From: Vicugna vicugna
Lineage: Eukaryota
DNA: 64,000 bases
Reading direction: 5' to 3'
NCBI GenBank assembly: GCA_013265495.1
Contig: MU058241.1
Location: forward strand, 496,001 to 560,000
Made by a program: the position numbers and the translations under genes. Shown here piece after piece: positions 40,976-54,029 of this stretch. The first letter of the stretch is position 1. Each line of letters begins with the position of its first letter. A model generated the notes under the pieces. It saw only the letters and a program-made list of their open reading frames with translations. It did no database searches and was not told the origin of the DNA.

Positions 40976-43417
40976 CTTGTGACTCTGACAAGAGGAACCA
41001 GGAAATCAGCCTACGTTTGCACTGAGCCTCCGTGACGCAGCCTGGTTGGAGAAGAGGTACCCCGGCACAGTCGTGAGGAGGATGCGGGCGGGTCCCCCTT
41101 GTTCTGCGAGGACCACCTGGAGGCACCCACACCTGTGCCTGGCAGGGCGTGCAAAGTCGGCTGCAGCCAATGCCTGGGGAGCCGAGACATTTGGGATCAG
41201 ATGTGTTTTACGATCAGAGTGTATTTAGGCTGTAACGGAGAAATCTGATTTTTATTCCAAATATATCACATCTGGGTTGTACTTAGCCAGAGGATAGTCA
41301 TGTTATAATTAAAAATGAATTTGAGTGCTTAGAGAATTCAAAACCAGCAAGAGCCATGATTGCAAACACATGACAGTGACAGCTGAAACAGCTAGCTCTA
41401 GTATTTATTTATTTTAAAGCTGTCATAAGAAAAGGGCTTATGTGGTAAGAGTAGAATACTCTGCAGCGAGATCCAAACACTTCCCTGAATGGCGTTCCAC
41501 TCCTGTGTCCGCTTGGAGAGCTTCACACGCGTTTGGAGTCTAGGAGAAGTTCCTGTCCCGGACGTGTGTACGCCATGCACTCTGTGACGAAACACAGCAT
41601 GCTACTGGCCTGGAAGTTTCACAAACTCACTTTTATTTTCTTAAGGAACTGTGTTTGAACTTGCTATAGTTGAGGACAAGGAGGAGCAACGTGAAGATCT
41701 AAGGGCATCAACTACTTTACCTTGTGAGCTCCCTGCGGATGCTGCATGTGACTTCTGTGGCTGCGCATGGGGGACTTGACCTGGAGACCTGTGGGACAAG
41801 TTCATAGACCATCTAAAAACAGAAAGGGTCCTGGGGGCCACATCATGGGGAGGAAGTCCTACACGACTGTAGCAAACCGTGATACGGCACGCTCCAGAGA
41901 CTCAGTGGCCCAGCCTGGGGCACGGCAGCATTAACAGAGGGAGATGGGGAAGCGGAGATTAAACCCAGCCTCATGGTCGTGCCGTGGCTAAGCGGCAGCA
42001 TGCAGCCTCTGCCCAGTGGGCTGGCCGGTCCTCCACCTACCTGTCAGTGAGGACACAGGGAACCCAGGGGGAGTACACGGGTACTACTCACACCAAAGCA
42101 AGGTCAGTGTGCCATCAGCGCCCCACAACTCTGCTTCCACAGGACAGCAAGGAGTTCCAGCACCAGGTGACAGAATCCTTGAGCTGTGGATGCTTCAAAC
42201 CAGGGAGACGGAGGAGAAGTGATGCTCAGGGGGGCCGGGAACACGCCTGGCAGCAGCTCCTCTCTGGGCTTATCTCCCCTGGCTCCTAGGGGTTGGTAGG
42301 ACATTCCACCGAGATGTCGGTCAGAGTGACGTCAAACTTTGCATGTGTGACCACGTGGGGACATGCAAAGTGCCAGGACTGCACGGTGCAGCGTTCCCTG
42401 CAAGTAATTGATCAGGGTTAGAGGAAGGAAGCTTTGCCACCACATTCCACAGCCTGGGTCCCCACCTCAAGTCCGTCAGAAGCTCTTGCTGTAGTAACTC
42501 TCCAAGGACCCTCTGGAGCCAATCTTGGCTGCCGGGGTGTTCAAGTTTATACAGAGGTGTGCGCTCATGGGACTGGGACCAGAACTCACTGAATCTTTAT
42601 CTCTGGGCTGTTCATTCGGGCTTGGAGATGACATCCTGGATAATCAGATCAAATAGTTCCTTTGTCTTCTGATTCCACCCCCAAACCTATTCCATGTCTT
42701 AACATCTATTTCAGTTTTGTCTTTAAAACCGGTGCCCTGAAGCATTCCTGGAACCCCATGGAGATGGCCTTTCCTATACAGGTCTGCACTCTGAGTATTT
42801 CTCTCTTCCCCCTTAACATCAGTCCATCACTGTGACCTTTTCCAAGAGGCCCAGAGACTGAGGAGAAGGCAGTAACCAGGAATGTGGTCACTGGTGGTTT
42901 GACCGGCTAGGTGCCCTGAGATCCCACCAGACAGTCCTTCCTCTTGCGATGCACACACATCAGCACCAACATTTGTCCTCAGCACTTTTGTGCTGCAAAC
43001 TCAGGGAGTTTTCTTCATTCATGTGCTTCTGGGTTGTCAGAATTCTTGTGCTGTCTCTTACTGTAATGTGGAAAATGCAGTATGCATAATTTTTAATATT
43101 TTCAGTTCATTCATTGCACCATTAAGTGAGCATTTACCAGGTGACTGTTACATTTCAGGCATTTGGCTGGATGATGAGGACACAGAGATAAATTCAATGT
43201 GTCCCTTCATATAATTAAAATCTCATGATGAATGACTTTGCCATATATGACTGTGATTCTGCTGTGCATCAGATGATAGCTCTTGTCTACGTGGTGATTT
43301 ATAGCACTTCTCTCCCGTGATAATGAACGAAACCTATTAAACTAGAGCTTGTCTGCTCAGCCTACTGAGCTGCTAAGTTACTTGGTTTTAGTCTGTGATG
43401 AGTTGTGAACGTGTCAC

Positions 43418-43899
43418 TGTTGTCCACTAGTAAAAAATGCACAATCTAAAAGTTGAGAGTTAGTTTTGGACGTTTCTGAGGACTGGGGTAGCAGCGTCTT
43501 GGATAGCTCCGAGGGACTGCTCTGAAGAGGTAGGGGAGGAGCTAGGATTTATAGGAGTTTTTGCAGCAAAGACCAGGGAGTCAGAACATCGAAAGATTAC
43601 TGTTAATTAAAGAAAACCAGATATCAAGTTAAGGAATTTAACGATTCTATATGTATGGGAAGATGGAAAGGTCTGGGCTCATTGAAGTCATTCCTTTGAT
43701 GTGCATCTTAGCTCTCTAAGCTCTTCCCCATCCTAAGTGCCCTCCAGGTGCACCGTCGAGGGTGGCTGTAGAGGCTGCCTGGCTCTATTCTGAGTCCCCT
43801 CCCCTCCTGCTCACTGTTGGGGGCGGCAGTAGTGGCTGATGGCCGATGGCCGCAGCGTCCTTTGTTCACCAATGTGGCAAGCAATATTTTTTATTCACA
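43418..43899 (-). mobile_element. ERV1 solo LTR, MER41-like
   Basis: tg...ca ends; gagggactgctctgaagagg, aagattactgttaattaaagaaaaccag, tgtatgggaagatg...tctgggctcattgaagtcattcctttgat resemble recalled laurasiatherian MER41-type LTRs. Confidence 0.7.
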
Positions 43900-44328
43900 C
43901 CTTGCTTCACTTTCTCTGACCAGACTTCCAAGAGGGCATTAAAAAGCAGAAGAAATGTAAGTGTGCATTTCAAGACCTAGCAGGTCTGAGTACTTAAGAC
44001 AGAGGAAAGGTAATTCGGGAAGGTGACAGGCAGGTAAAGAGCCAGGGTGAGGTAGGAAGGCAGAGCAGAGAGCCACGTCCAGAAGCTCGAACCCCCAGCT
44101 GCCCAGCGGGAGGAATTCAGGAAGGAAGCAGGGATTTCCAAACCTGGGGGCTGCACCCCCTGGTGGAAACTGGAGCCACAGAGGCGCTGGAATCTTATAA
44201 AAGACACAGCCACCTGGCAGCACCTGCCAGGACCTCCCACTGGCCAATCCCAGCTGGAAGTCTGCTCACTGGGGGCCCTGGGACCCGCCCCAGGGACAGG
44301 AAGGGAGGACAGTGCTACACACTGGGTG

Positions 44329-44655
44329 TGTATTATGGACTGAAGGTTTGTATCCCCCCAGATGCATATTTTGAATGTAAGGGTGCTAGGAGGTGGAGAC
44401 TTTGGAGGCGATGAGGTCATGAGGGTAGAGCCCTCACGAGTGGATTAGTGCCTCATAAAGGAGACCCCCCCGAGCTCCCTCACCCCGTCTTCCACGTGAT
44501 GGCATATTGAGAAGGCGGCCATCTGTGAACCAAAAGGGGAGCTGACTGCCTGCACTTGATCTTGGGTGTCCCGTCCCCAGACGGGGAGAGATGAAGTCTT
44601 GCTTAAGCCTCTCAGGCTGTGGTATCTTTGTACAGCAGCTGGACAGACAGGTGCA
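44329..44655 (+). mobile_element. MaLR solo LTR (MLT1A-like)
   Basis: tattatggactgaaggtttgtatcccccca...ggattagtgcctcataaag...ggccatctgtgaacca...cttgatcttgg. Confidence 0.8.
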
Positions 44656-45231
44656 AGAAACGGAGCAAATGAAGACTTGTGTCTTCATGAAGCTTACCTT
44701 TTAGGGAGACATAATAAACAAAAAGCATTTTGTATTATTTATATCTGTGTTGTACATTATTATTGTCCTTTACCTGATGATAAGTTTGTGCTGCATTTTT
44801 TAAGACTCTAAAAGGGTAGTGAGTGTCATAGGGGCAAACAGGCACAGCAGAGGAAGGGGGTGCAGAGAACCAGATGGGGGTGGTGCCCCGCTTTAGAGGT
44901 TGGTGACAGGCTTGCATCTGAGCAAAGCTTGGACAGAGGTGAGCGGCACTCATGTTAAATGATTTCCCCAGTGAATTTCGGGTAGGGGAAACTGCAAGGA
45001 CCCAAATCCTAAAGCAGGACAGGAATGTTCTAGAATCATTAAGAAGTGGACGAAAGAGGAGGCGGTTTCAGATGAGGTCAGAAGTGTGGGCAATTGTAGA
45101 ATCATACCCTCGACTGGGTCCAGAGGATGTCAATTATGTCAACATAACAGCAAGATCTGTGTATTATAAAAAAGTATTTTATCTGTGAACATGGGTAGCC
45201 CACCCGATATTTTCTCAATACTTACTGACTC

Positions 45232-45636
45232 TTTTTTAATTTTCATATTCTTTTTCATTATAAGGTTACTATACAGCGTTGAATATAATTCCCTGTGCTA
45301 TACTGTAGAAACTTGTTGTTTATCTGCTTTATATTAGTAGTTAGTATCTGCAAATCTCAAATTCCCAATTTATTTCTTCGCACCTCCTTCCTCCCTGGTA
45401 ACCATAACTTTGTTTTCTATGTCTGTGAGTCTGTTTCTGGTTTGTAAATAACTTCATTTGTCTTTTTTTTTTTTTTTAAGATTCCACATATAAGCTATCT
45501 CATATGGTATTTTTATTTCTTTCTGGCTTTCTTTACTTAGAATGACATTCTCCAGGGACATCCATGTTGCTGCAAATGGCATTAGTTTATTACATTTATA
45601 GCTGAGTAGTATTCCATTGTATAAATATACCACAAC
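45232..45636 (-). mobile_element. L1 3'UTR fragment
   Basis: ttccctgtgctatac...ttccacatataag...gctgagtagtattccattgtataaatataccaca, colinear with ~18455-18875. Confidence 0.9.
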
Positions 45637-46631
45637 TTACTTGTTATGTGTCAAGAGTGGCAAATTTGATAGGAAAAAAACTCTGCTTTCATTGAGATTA
45701 AATTCTAATTAGAGCCAAAGAGCAAACAAGTGAATAAAATAAGTAAATAAATACATATAAATAACACCATTTCAGGTAGATACAGCGTTAGAAAAATGAG
45801 GCAGGGTTTAGTTTGTGACTGGGGGTTGAGAGTGTATATATGACTAGAAATGGAGGAATTGGAACTTGACTAAAAGATCTTTTTCTCAGTTTATTACAAT
45901 CCACTTGACAACTTTTTTTTTGTTATCATGATGATAGGGAAGTAAAAGTCTACTTACGTACGAGAATTTTCTGTATCGAGAATTTTGAGGAGATTTGCCA
46001 CGTCTGTCTAATGACATTCAGAACACAGTACTCAGGCCGACAAGGCGTACTTCTGCTGGAATGTTTTCCTTGTGGCAAAGAAAGTGACTGTGACACTTGA
46101 GCAGGGCCTGGAGGACACAGGGCTGATGGGTGTAAAAATGTCTGTGGCCCTGGGAAGGGCATGCACTCTTCTTCTGAGGGAGGAGGGAACTTGAAGTGCA
46201 GCAAGATAGCCTTGTGAGGGGCTTGGGCAGAACTAGGAGGGGACAAGATCAGAGAGGGAAGCAGGGTGTATCCCACAGGGCTGGAGGACTGGGAAGGGAC
46301 TGGATTCATTCTACAAGGACGGCGGGTGGCAGGCAGGCGGGGGGGAGAGCCATCATCTCTCTTGTGCTTTGAGAGCTCGCTCTAATGACGCTGGTCCACA
46401 CTGGCAGGGCAGGTGGGCAGGAGACAACCCGCTAGACACCTGCTGTGAGCAGAAAGGAGCAGTGCCAGGGATGGTGCTAATGGACAGTCAGATACACAGC
46501 AAGTGTGTTGGGGTGGTGGAACACGACACGGCGGGTGAGACTATGGTAAGGGTGCACAGGCAGGAGGCAAGCTGAGTGGTTCCATCGCATTCAGAATGCT
46601 GTTTGCCGAGCCATCGGTCTCTGCTTCATAC

Positions 46632-46858
46632 TTGGGGTTGGCGAACCTGTTCCATAAAGCACCAGCTCAGCTCATCAGTCTTCTAAGCCTGGTAGATATC
46701 AGGTTTCCGTTATAACCTCTCAACTCTGTGCCTGTTGCCTCAGTGCAGCAGTAGATGGTATGCAAATGAGTGGGAGTGGCTGTGTTCCAATAAAACTTTA
46801 TTTACAGAAACAGAGAGCAGGCAGGATTTGGCTTCTGGGCCATGATTAGCTGACCTTG
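46632..46858. mobile_element. MER58A-like hAT element
   Basis: ggggttggcgaac...gtggctgtgttccaataaaactttatttacagaaacag...ggatttggc...gctgaccttg. Confidence 0.8.
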
Positions 46859-47257
46859 TTCTAGAATCTTGGACCACCTGTACAACGTTCTGACCTTTGC
46901 TTCATGTAAGAGATTATGGCCACGTACTCTGGCTGTCCATGTGACCAGAGGTCAATGCTTCTAGACATTCTGAGTGGGTCAATACCCCTGCCCTGACTTC
47001 TGACCTGTAGGGTCACTTAATTTCTTGACTAGGTTGACCCTTTTGAGTAGTTCACTGAAATAATATCATCGCTCTTAGTGTTTTTTTTTTTTTACTTACA
47101 AATCTTTTGCTTCTGTGTAAGATTTTCATGCTAGCCTTTGACTTCAGGTTATTACAGATGAAGGCGTGGGTGAATTTATTCTGCCTCCCAATTTCTTTCT
47201 TCCTTCCACTAAATCTTTCTGTTCATTTTTGGTGTCTGGAAGAATGGACTGTTGCAA

Positions 47258-47440
47258 AATGCATTGACTTTGGAGTAGCTGGACTTGGGTTTGGGTAACA
47301 GTTCTGTACTTACCCACTGTGTGCATTGGGCAAATGGCTTACTTTCCCTGAAACTTCCTTTTCTCATCTGTAAGACTCAGATAATGATGTTTCCCTTGCA
47401 GACTCATTAATATTAAATAATAATCCTAAAGTGCCAGGCA
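47258..47440 (+). mobile_element. MIR SINE
   Basis: gactttggagt...ctgtgtgcattgggcaaatggcttact...ttttctcatctgtaag core. Confidence 0.7.
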
Positions 47441-49489
47441 TTGCAACAACTTAGGATTTCTTTCTTAACACATACCAAGTCAAACCAGGAGGTTCTGAAC
47501 CCACTAGAAAATGCTAAGATTGGTGAAACTTCCAATGGATTGTCTACTGTTTGCTAATGTTTTCATAAAGTTCCAGTGACCTTTTAATTAGACTATTTAT
47601 GAACATTACGCAAATAAAGCAGATAAACTGTAAGTGTATATTTACAGGAGATATTCAACCAATTCGTTATTCTTAGGGAACATAAGATGCAGAGCAGAGA
47701 AATCCCATCTCCTAAGTTTTTGCTAAAACATCACACCAATTTACGGCGACAGAAATAGGGAATAGCTCTATAAGGAAAGAGATTTTTAAGACCGTGAGAT
47801 AGGTAACAGTTACAAGACTCAGAATGTGTTAAGCCTTCTACTGGCACTTCACACGTAGTTACAAAGCAGACGTCACATTTTGCAGCTGTAAGCGTTCACA
47901 TTGTAATAGCGTCGTGAAAAGCACCGTGCATTTTGTTTTATTCATTCTTCGTAGGTCATGGGAATGTTCTGCTAGGCTTGGAAACCCAGCTAATAATGAT
48001 CTACTAACATCTTTATGTTCAGAGTTTCATTACATTATTTTGAACCATCAGTTTCTTTCTCACTTAAATTTCAGTTACTAGTCATTTAGCATGAGAAATA
48101 AAAATCAATACAGTCAGTCAGTGTAATTGTAAAGTCTGGGATGACAGTTCCAGAATTGCTTTTAAACTATCTTCTAGAAATCTTATGAGATTGGGAATAA
48201 ATAATGGCCACCCACGTTCAGAATAGAAAGAGAGAATTCAGCCGGGCTGTCACCAGGGTGGCAATTATAGTCCTACTGACGCAAGCCGAGCTGAGGTGTA
48301 TTTGAGCGCCACATTAGAAATTATGGCCTCGGTTTAAGGTTTTTGAAGAGAATTAGTCTCTTAATTCATTTCTAGCTTTTCTTTATTTTACAGAGAAACT
48401 CATTCCATTTTTCATCCTAATAAGGATTTTAACATCATATGGCAAATACGGGTTCCTTTCTTATATTCTCTTCTGTCTTCGTGTAAGGTACCAGGGTGTA
48501 GACGCATTAAGCTGGCCCAAGGAGTAAAGCAGGCAGGCAGTGCTTGGTTTAAATGAGCTACCCCGAGTGCCCACTCACCATGTGTCCGCCTCTGTGCACC
48601 GAATAAGGATGAGTGCATCTAAAGCCTCACAACCAAGCGGTGAGCTGGACCCTGCTGCCTAGGTCACCAGTTCTAAGACATCTGTTTATTTTTGCACGTA
48701 TTAACTGCTCTGAAATTTAGGTGGGGCTCAGCACAATCACAGCGTCTCACCGCCACTGTCAGCAGGACCACAGGCAGGACACAGTCATCTTCATGGGAAC
48801 GTGGCCATGGCTCACTTCTGAGGGGTCCTGTGGACTGTCAGTGCTACGTCTGTTGGTCCCATGTACCCAGCAGACGGCCCTGACAGCAGAAGTCTCCAGC
48901 TCTCCTCTTTAAGGCGCTGCTGTCAGTACAGTGCTGGGCTCTTGTCAAAGCTGAACACGGGACCTGCGGAGGCTTTGTGGTCTCCCACCTGGTACCCCAC
49001 TTCAGGGCGGGTCAGCTCTGATTCTGTGCCTGATGAGGTAGAAGGGCCCAACAGGCAGGTTTGCTGGTCCAGTGGAAATGGGGTGCTTAGGGAGGCAGCT
49101 CCAGGGCACCTCAGCTTGCCGTGGTGGCGGCTACCCCTTTGCGGGAAACTTTCTGTCACACCCTCATCACCTGAAGCAAAGCCATTAGCTCAGTGGGGCC
49201 CTGGGTTCCCAGTTTCCCCTAAGTGCCAGGGCCCGGTTCACCCATGATTTGGCTGAGATGAAACCCAGCGGTGTCCACTAGGCTACAGTGGCCATTCACT
49301 GTCATCACCAGCGAGGCGAGTCCAAAAGTGGGCGGCACTCAGGGCCATTCTCACGGCTCAGGGCAAGGGTCACCTCGATGAACCCCGTTTTATTTGTCTC
49401 ATCCTGGGAGTGGCATTTGGACCACTCCAAACTTCACAGCTGTGATCAAATCACGTGGCTCCCCAATGCAGGTGACCCTAGCCAGGGAC

Positions 49490-50018
49490 CCAATACTGAA
49501 CAAAAGTTTATGTGCCCGATGCACAGGGAGGCCAAACAAACTGAAACATTGGGAATTTGGAGCAGAGGAGGGTTTATTGCAGGGCTGAGTGAGGAGGGCA
49601 GGTGGCCTGTGCTTAAGAAGCCCTGAACTCCCTGATGGTTTGGGGGGAGAAGTTTTTATAGGCAAAATTTGGGGTGGGGGCTGCAGTGTGTGTGACTTTC
49701 TTCTGACTGGTTGGTGGTGACATAACAGGGTAGTGCTGAAGTTGCCATCTTTAGTCCCCGCAGAAGAAGTCAGGTATCATTATTTATATTCCTTGAGGAG
49801 GAACCAAGACCCTGTCCCAAGGCTGCACTACTGCTTCCTGACTGTTCCTCCCTTGTCTCTGTACCCCCTCCCTTCCCAGATTAGCAACTGTTTGACTCTG
49901 CCCCTTGGAGCTCAGCGAAGGTCCAGGAGGCTGAATGAAGCCCATCTCTTCCAAACAAGAAATGGGAGACATGGAAAGGATTTGTACCAGGGAAGGCCCC
50001 CAGGGTCCTGCTCTGTTT
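49490..50018 (-). mobile_element. ERV1-class solo LTR
   Basis: Antisense poly(A) signal (ggtttattg) and TATA (tttttatagg); cttcccagattagcaactgtttga...cagggtcctgctctgtttc terminus. Confidence 0.75.
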
Positions 50019-51149
50019 CTCCCGCTATCTGATGAGGCTGGGGCTATGAAGCTGCACCCTGCTGGATGGTCCCCAGAGTGACCTGGACATGGATGACGTC
50101 AGACCAGCAGCTCCCTTTCAGGGCTACTGCGGTGCCCTCCCCCGCTGGCAGTCAGAGCATTCATTCCTTTGAACTTGCTCAACATATCAGTCATGCCTGT
50201 CCAACAGCACAAGACCAAGTGCAATGGGATGGCTGGTTACAGAACGATCCCAGCAGACCAGTTACAGCGTTCACTTGCCTTCAGGTACCTGGGAAGGCAA
50301 GTTCAACATTAAAAAAAAAATCTCATTCTTCACATTCTTTGGAGGTAGAAAGGTTCACTGGTGGAACATTTGTTTAAAAGAGGAGCTGGTGCACCTGGGA
50401 AATGCACACTGTACGGCTGAGTGTCATTGTCTAGAGTAATGCAAGCATGTCCGCCTATTAATGAGTAACTCCGCAGGGTGGAGACTTCACTCTGTCTATT
50501 ACCCGTCACAGTGTCTGGGACAGTGCCGGAAACAGAGCAAGAGGCTCAGTCACTGAATGAATGGATATTATTTAACTTGTGGCTGGAGGAGGAAAATACA
50601 AAATGACACAAGTGAAAATCCTGAAGCCGGGAGGGAGGGAGGAGAGCCTACAAGAAGCGAGGAAACCTACTGGACATCACTTCTCTCCTGACAGGCCGAG
50701 AAAAGGAGACTGAGAGCGAGTGAATGCATGTACTTCCCTCCCAGGGCGGGGGGCTACCTCTGGGAGGTGAGGGGGCCAGGAAGCTGCAGCTTGCTGGGAG
50801 GGGGCTGTGCAGTCTTAGCTGGTCATGAGGATGTGGAAGTGGGAGCTGTTTACAGCCTTCGGGTGGTGAGGGGGCAGGTGACGGAGAGGTTTTTATCTCT
50901 ACAGGAAGTTCCTTGGAGGCTAGGAGACGGGGTGGGGCAGGGATCCAGACGAAACCCCACAAGAAATTGAAAACTTTTATGTTGGTTTATTTTTAATCCA
51001 AAACATCCAGAACATCATTTAAAAATACTGTCTCCTTTTTTTCTCCCCAACATGGTTAGATATTGCTGTTTTAATTGAAGGACGTGTTTGTGTGTTTGGT
51101 TTTTCCTACAATTATTACATGGATATCCCTGACGCATGAATTAGTTACA

Positions 51150-51371
51150 TTGTTGGTTCTCAACCCAGGGAGGGGAGCCATGTGGTCCCCCAGGGGACAC
51201 TGGGCAGTGTCTGGAGACATCGTTGGTTGTCCCACTGGGGAGAGAGTGCTACTGGCATCCAGTCGGTGGAGGCCAGAGATATTGCTCATCAGCCTGCGTT
51301 GCACAAGACAGTCCCCACAACAAAGAGTGATCCTGTGCAAAACGTTACGGTGTCGATGTTGAGAAATCATG
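51150..51371. mobile_element. MER20 hAT-Charlie element (near full length)
   Basis: ggttctcaacc...ccaggggacactgggcagtgtctggagacat...gtgctactggcatccagt...gatgttgagaaatcatg with inverted ends. Confidence 0.88.
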
Positions 51372-51449
51372 AGTTTCCTACCATCGTCATCAGATTCTCA
51401 TAAGTTTTCTTAAATCTATTATTTGAATTCAGGGACAAATAACTCTTGT

Positions 51450-51606
51450 TAACTCTCAACTGTGGCATCATAAAAATCACCTGGATGCTTTAAAAATTAC
51501 TGATACCTAAGCTACCCCAGGCCCATTAAATGAAGGTGTCTCGAGTTGGGACCTGGCCATCTGCATTTTTTAATGGCTGATTGTCACCAGCATTGAGCAG
51601 CCCTGG
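51450..51606. mobile_element. MER5A-like hAT element
   Basis: ctctcaactgtggc...aatcacctggatgctttaaaaattactgat...ggccatctgcattttttaa...gcattgagcagccctg. Confidence 0.6.
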
Positions 51607-51985
51607 TTTAAATGATGCAACAGAGGAAATCAAAGCCACCCATAGTGGATGGTTGAGGAGGAACGAAGACCCTGCCCCAAGGCTTCACTACTACCTTATC
51701 TGTTTAAAGTATCTGCAAATAAAATGATACAACTCTCCAACTTAAAAGAGAGTGTAGTAGCTATAGTTATGCCATGGCTTCCTGTGTGCTTGCTTATATT
51801 TTGTAAAAAGATTTTCTTTCACTTTGATACTGAAAAATGTGCATTAAAAATGTTTCTGATCTTGGAAAGAGTTCTGGAATAGACTAAAAATTTTCACTTC
51901 TTTGTTTTGACATGTTGGTAGCAATGTGTAACTTCTAAGTCTATTTCTTTATGGTGAACATTTCAGTGACTTATCAGAGATATAA

Positions 51986-52056
<71 letters not shown>
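51986..52056. repeat. (AAT)n microsatellite, ~23 perfect units
   Basis: Uninterrupted AAT run. Confidence 0.98.
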
Positions 52057-52058
<2 letters not shown>

Positions 52059-52385
52059 TTAGTAATTTAATTTATAGAGTATTCCATGCTGTTAATTCAT
52101 GCAAATTTACATACAAGACCATTATAATTTCTCTAAGACATAAAATACCTATGGATTGATAACTTTAAAGTAACTTTTAAAATAATTATGGTTTGGGTTT
52201 AAACATTCTGATTTGGGGTTGGATTTAGTTTATTTACTTCCCTTTGTCTTAGCTAAGTTAGTGTGCAAGTATTTTTTTGTTTTGTTTTTTTCTCTTCTGT
52301 GCTCAAGACTTTTGCAGAGTTAGTTATGAGGTTAGAGAAGCAGAAGTTTACATATTAGGATTCTCTAGAGAAACAGAACCAATGG

Positions 52386-52740
52386 AAGATAGATAGGTAA
52401 GTACATGGATAGACAGACAGACAGACAGATGATAGATTAGATGTACTGATAATGGATGGATAGATGATACTATAGATAGGTAGGTAGGAAGATAGATGGT
52501 TAGGTGGGTGGAAAGATGGATGGATGGATAGACAGGTGGATAGATAGACAGTAAGATAGACAGATAGATAAGCAGACAAAACAGATGATAGATTAGATGT
52601 ACTGATAATGGATGGATAGATACTATAGGTAGGTAGGAAGATAGATGGTTAGGTGGGTGGAAAGATGGATGGATGGATAGACAGGTGGATAGATAGACAG
52701 TAAGATAGACAGATAGATAAGCAGACAGATAAATAGGTAA
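52386..52740. repeat. Compound tetranucleotide tract with a ~150-bp higher-order duplication
   Basis: 52425-52578 repeated at 52581-52727, differing only by a 3-nt and a 4-nt indel. Confidence 0.9.
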
Positions 52741-52801
52741 AAGGAGCTTTATTCTAGGAATTGGCTGACAGCTGTGGAGGCCAAGAAGTCCCACCACCTG
52801 C

Positions 52802-53366
52802 TATTGTGGAAACATGTGTTACAGCTCGGTGTTACAGCTCAGTTGTGACAGCAACCTGGATCCGGGTGCACTCAGACAGTTCAAGAACTCAGGTTTATTA
52901 CGCCAGCAGGCTCAGAAGGGTTAACATTCCAAGCTCTGGACCCCATGTGTAGGTTTACACAGGCCTTTTATAGGCTGCCAATTTTATACTTTGCAACATC
53001 ATATGTAAATAAAGTACAACAGAAGTTGACCAACTAGGACCAAGCTTTGTAGAAACAGACCAATCAGGAGTGAACTCCATGCAAATGAAGTACTACAAAT
53101 GGACCAATCAGAAGTTAGGGAAGTGGACCAATCAGAAGTGAGAGTAATAACCAATCAGGAGTGAGAGTAATAACCAATCAGGAGTGAAGGAAATAACCAA
53201 TCAGAAGTGAGCTCAGTGAACCAATAGAATTTTAGGTGTAAGTTAGCCGCTTTGGAGGCAGGCAGTGAGATAGAACCTCTGGACCAGGGAACCGGACAGT
53301 GCTGGGAGGAGAGGAGCAGCCCTGCCTAGGGGTCCTGCCGGTCTTTTTATGGGGCTTCCCGCCTCA
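52802..53366 (-). mobile_element. ERV1-class solo LTR (~565 bp) with a CCAAT-box array
   Basis: 4-bp TSD CTGC (52798-52801 and 53367-53370); ends ...cctca; antisense AATAAA (~52894) and TATAAAA (~52966); repeated ACCAATCAG units. Confidence 0.8.
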
Positions 53367-54029
53367 CTGCCATCTGCAAGTTGGAAAACCAGGCAAGTCA
53401 GTGGTGCAGTTAGGGTCCGAGTTCCAAGACCTGAGAATTCTGGGTTGTATGGTGTAGGTCCTATTATGTCCTAACAACCAAATTGCTCATTTAAAATTGG
53501 CTAATTTTATTTTTATGGAGGTTAATTCTGTTTTTAGTGAATTTACCTCAATAAAGTTGACTAAAAAGCAAAAAATAAAATAAGAAAAAAATGTATTATT
53601 AAATTAACTCCCCATAATGTAGTTCTATGTAGCAAGCCCTTAAAGATAGGTGTTTAAAATCAGGTGGAGTGTTGGACTGGGTGTAGAACAGCTGTGGTGT
53701 TTGCATGTGCTGGGTGAGTTCCTTTTGGATAGTGTCTTGGGTTTGACTGCTTATCTTGAATTCTCTGGAGAAGCAGACAGTGGTTGTCCCGGATATTTGC
53801 TTTTCCCTTGAGTCTGTCATCGTTTCTATATTACCAATACCATTTTTGTCAAGTAAGCTGTTTTGATGAATCATTTTGGAAAGTAGACTTGGTTTTCACA
53901 TTCAGAACCTAATGTCCATCTCAAAAGTCACTTAAAAATCGTTTTTACCTGTCAGCAGTCTTAAGTGAGTAGGCCGTGGGGCCCACGTCAAAGTTCACAA
54001 TAACTGGCATGTGTATGAGGTAAGAAGTA

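Larger units (their letters stand above)
52350..53460 (-). mobile_element. MLT2-like (ERVL) LTR with expanded GATA/GGAT/GACA tract, interrupted by a younger LTR
   Basis: tattaggattctctagagaaacagaaccaat...ggaattggctgac...gaagtcccacc[insert]ctgccatctgcaagttggaaaaccagg. Confidence 0.8.

Noticed and set aside
52348..52797. 149-aa Tyr/Leu/Ser-rich ORF
   Set aside because: Translation of the GATA/GGAT microsatellite.
53058..53225. Regularly spaced short repeats superficially like a CRISPR array
   Set aside because: Eukaryotic LTR context; 23-24-bp tandem units without unique spacers; no cas genes.
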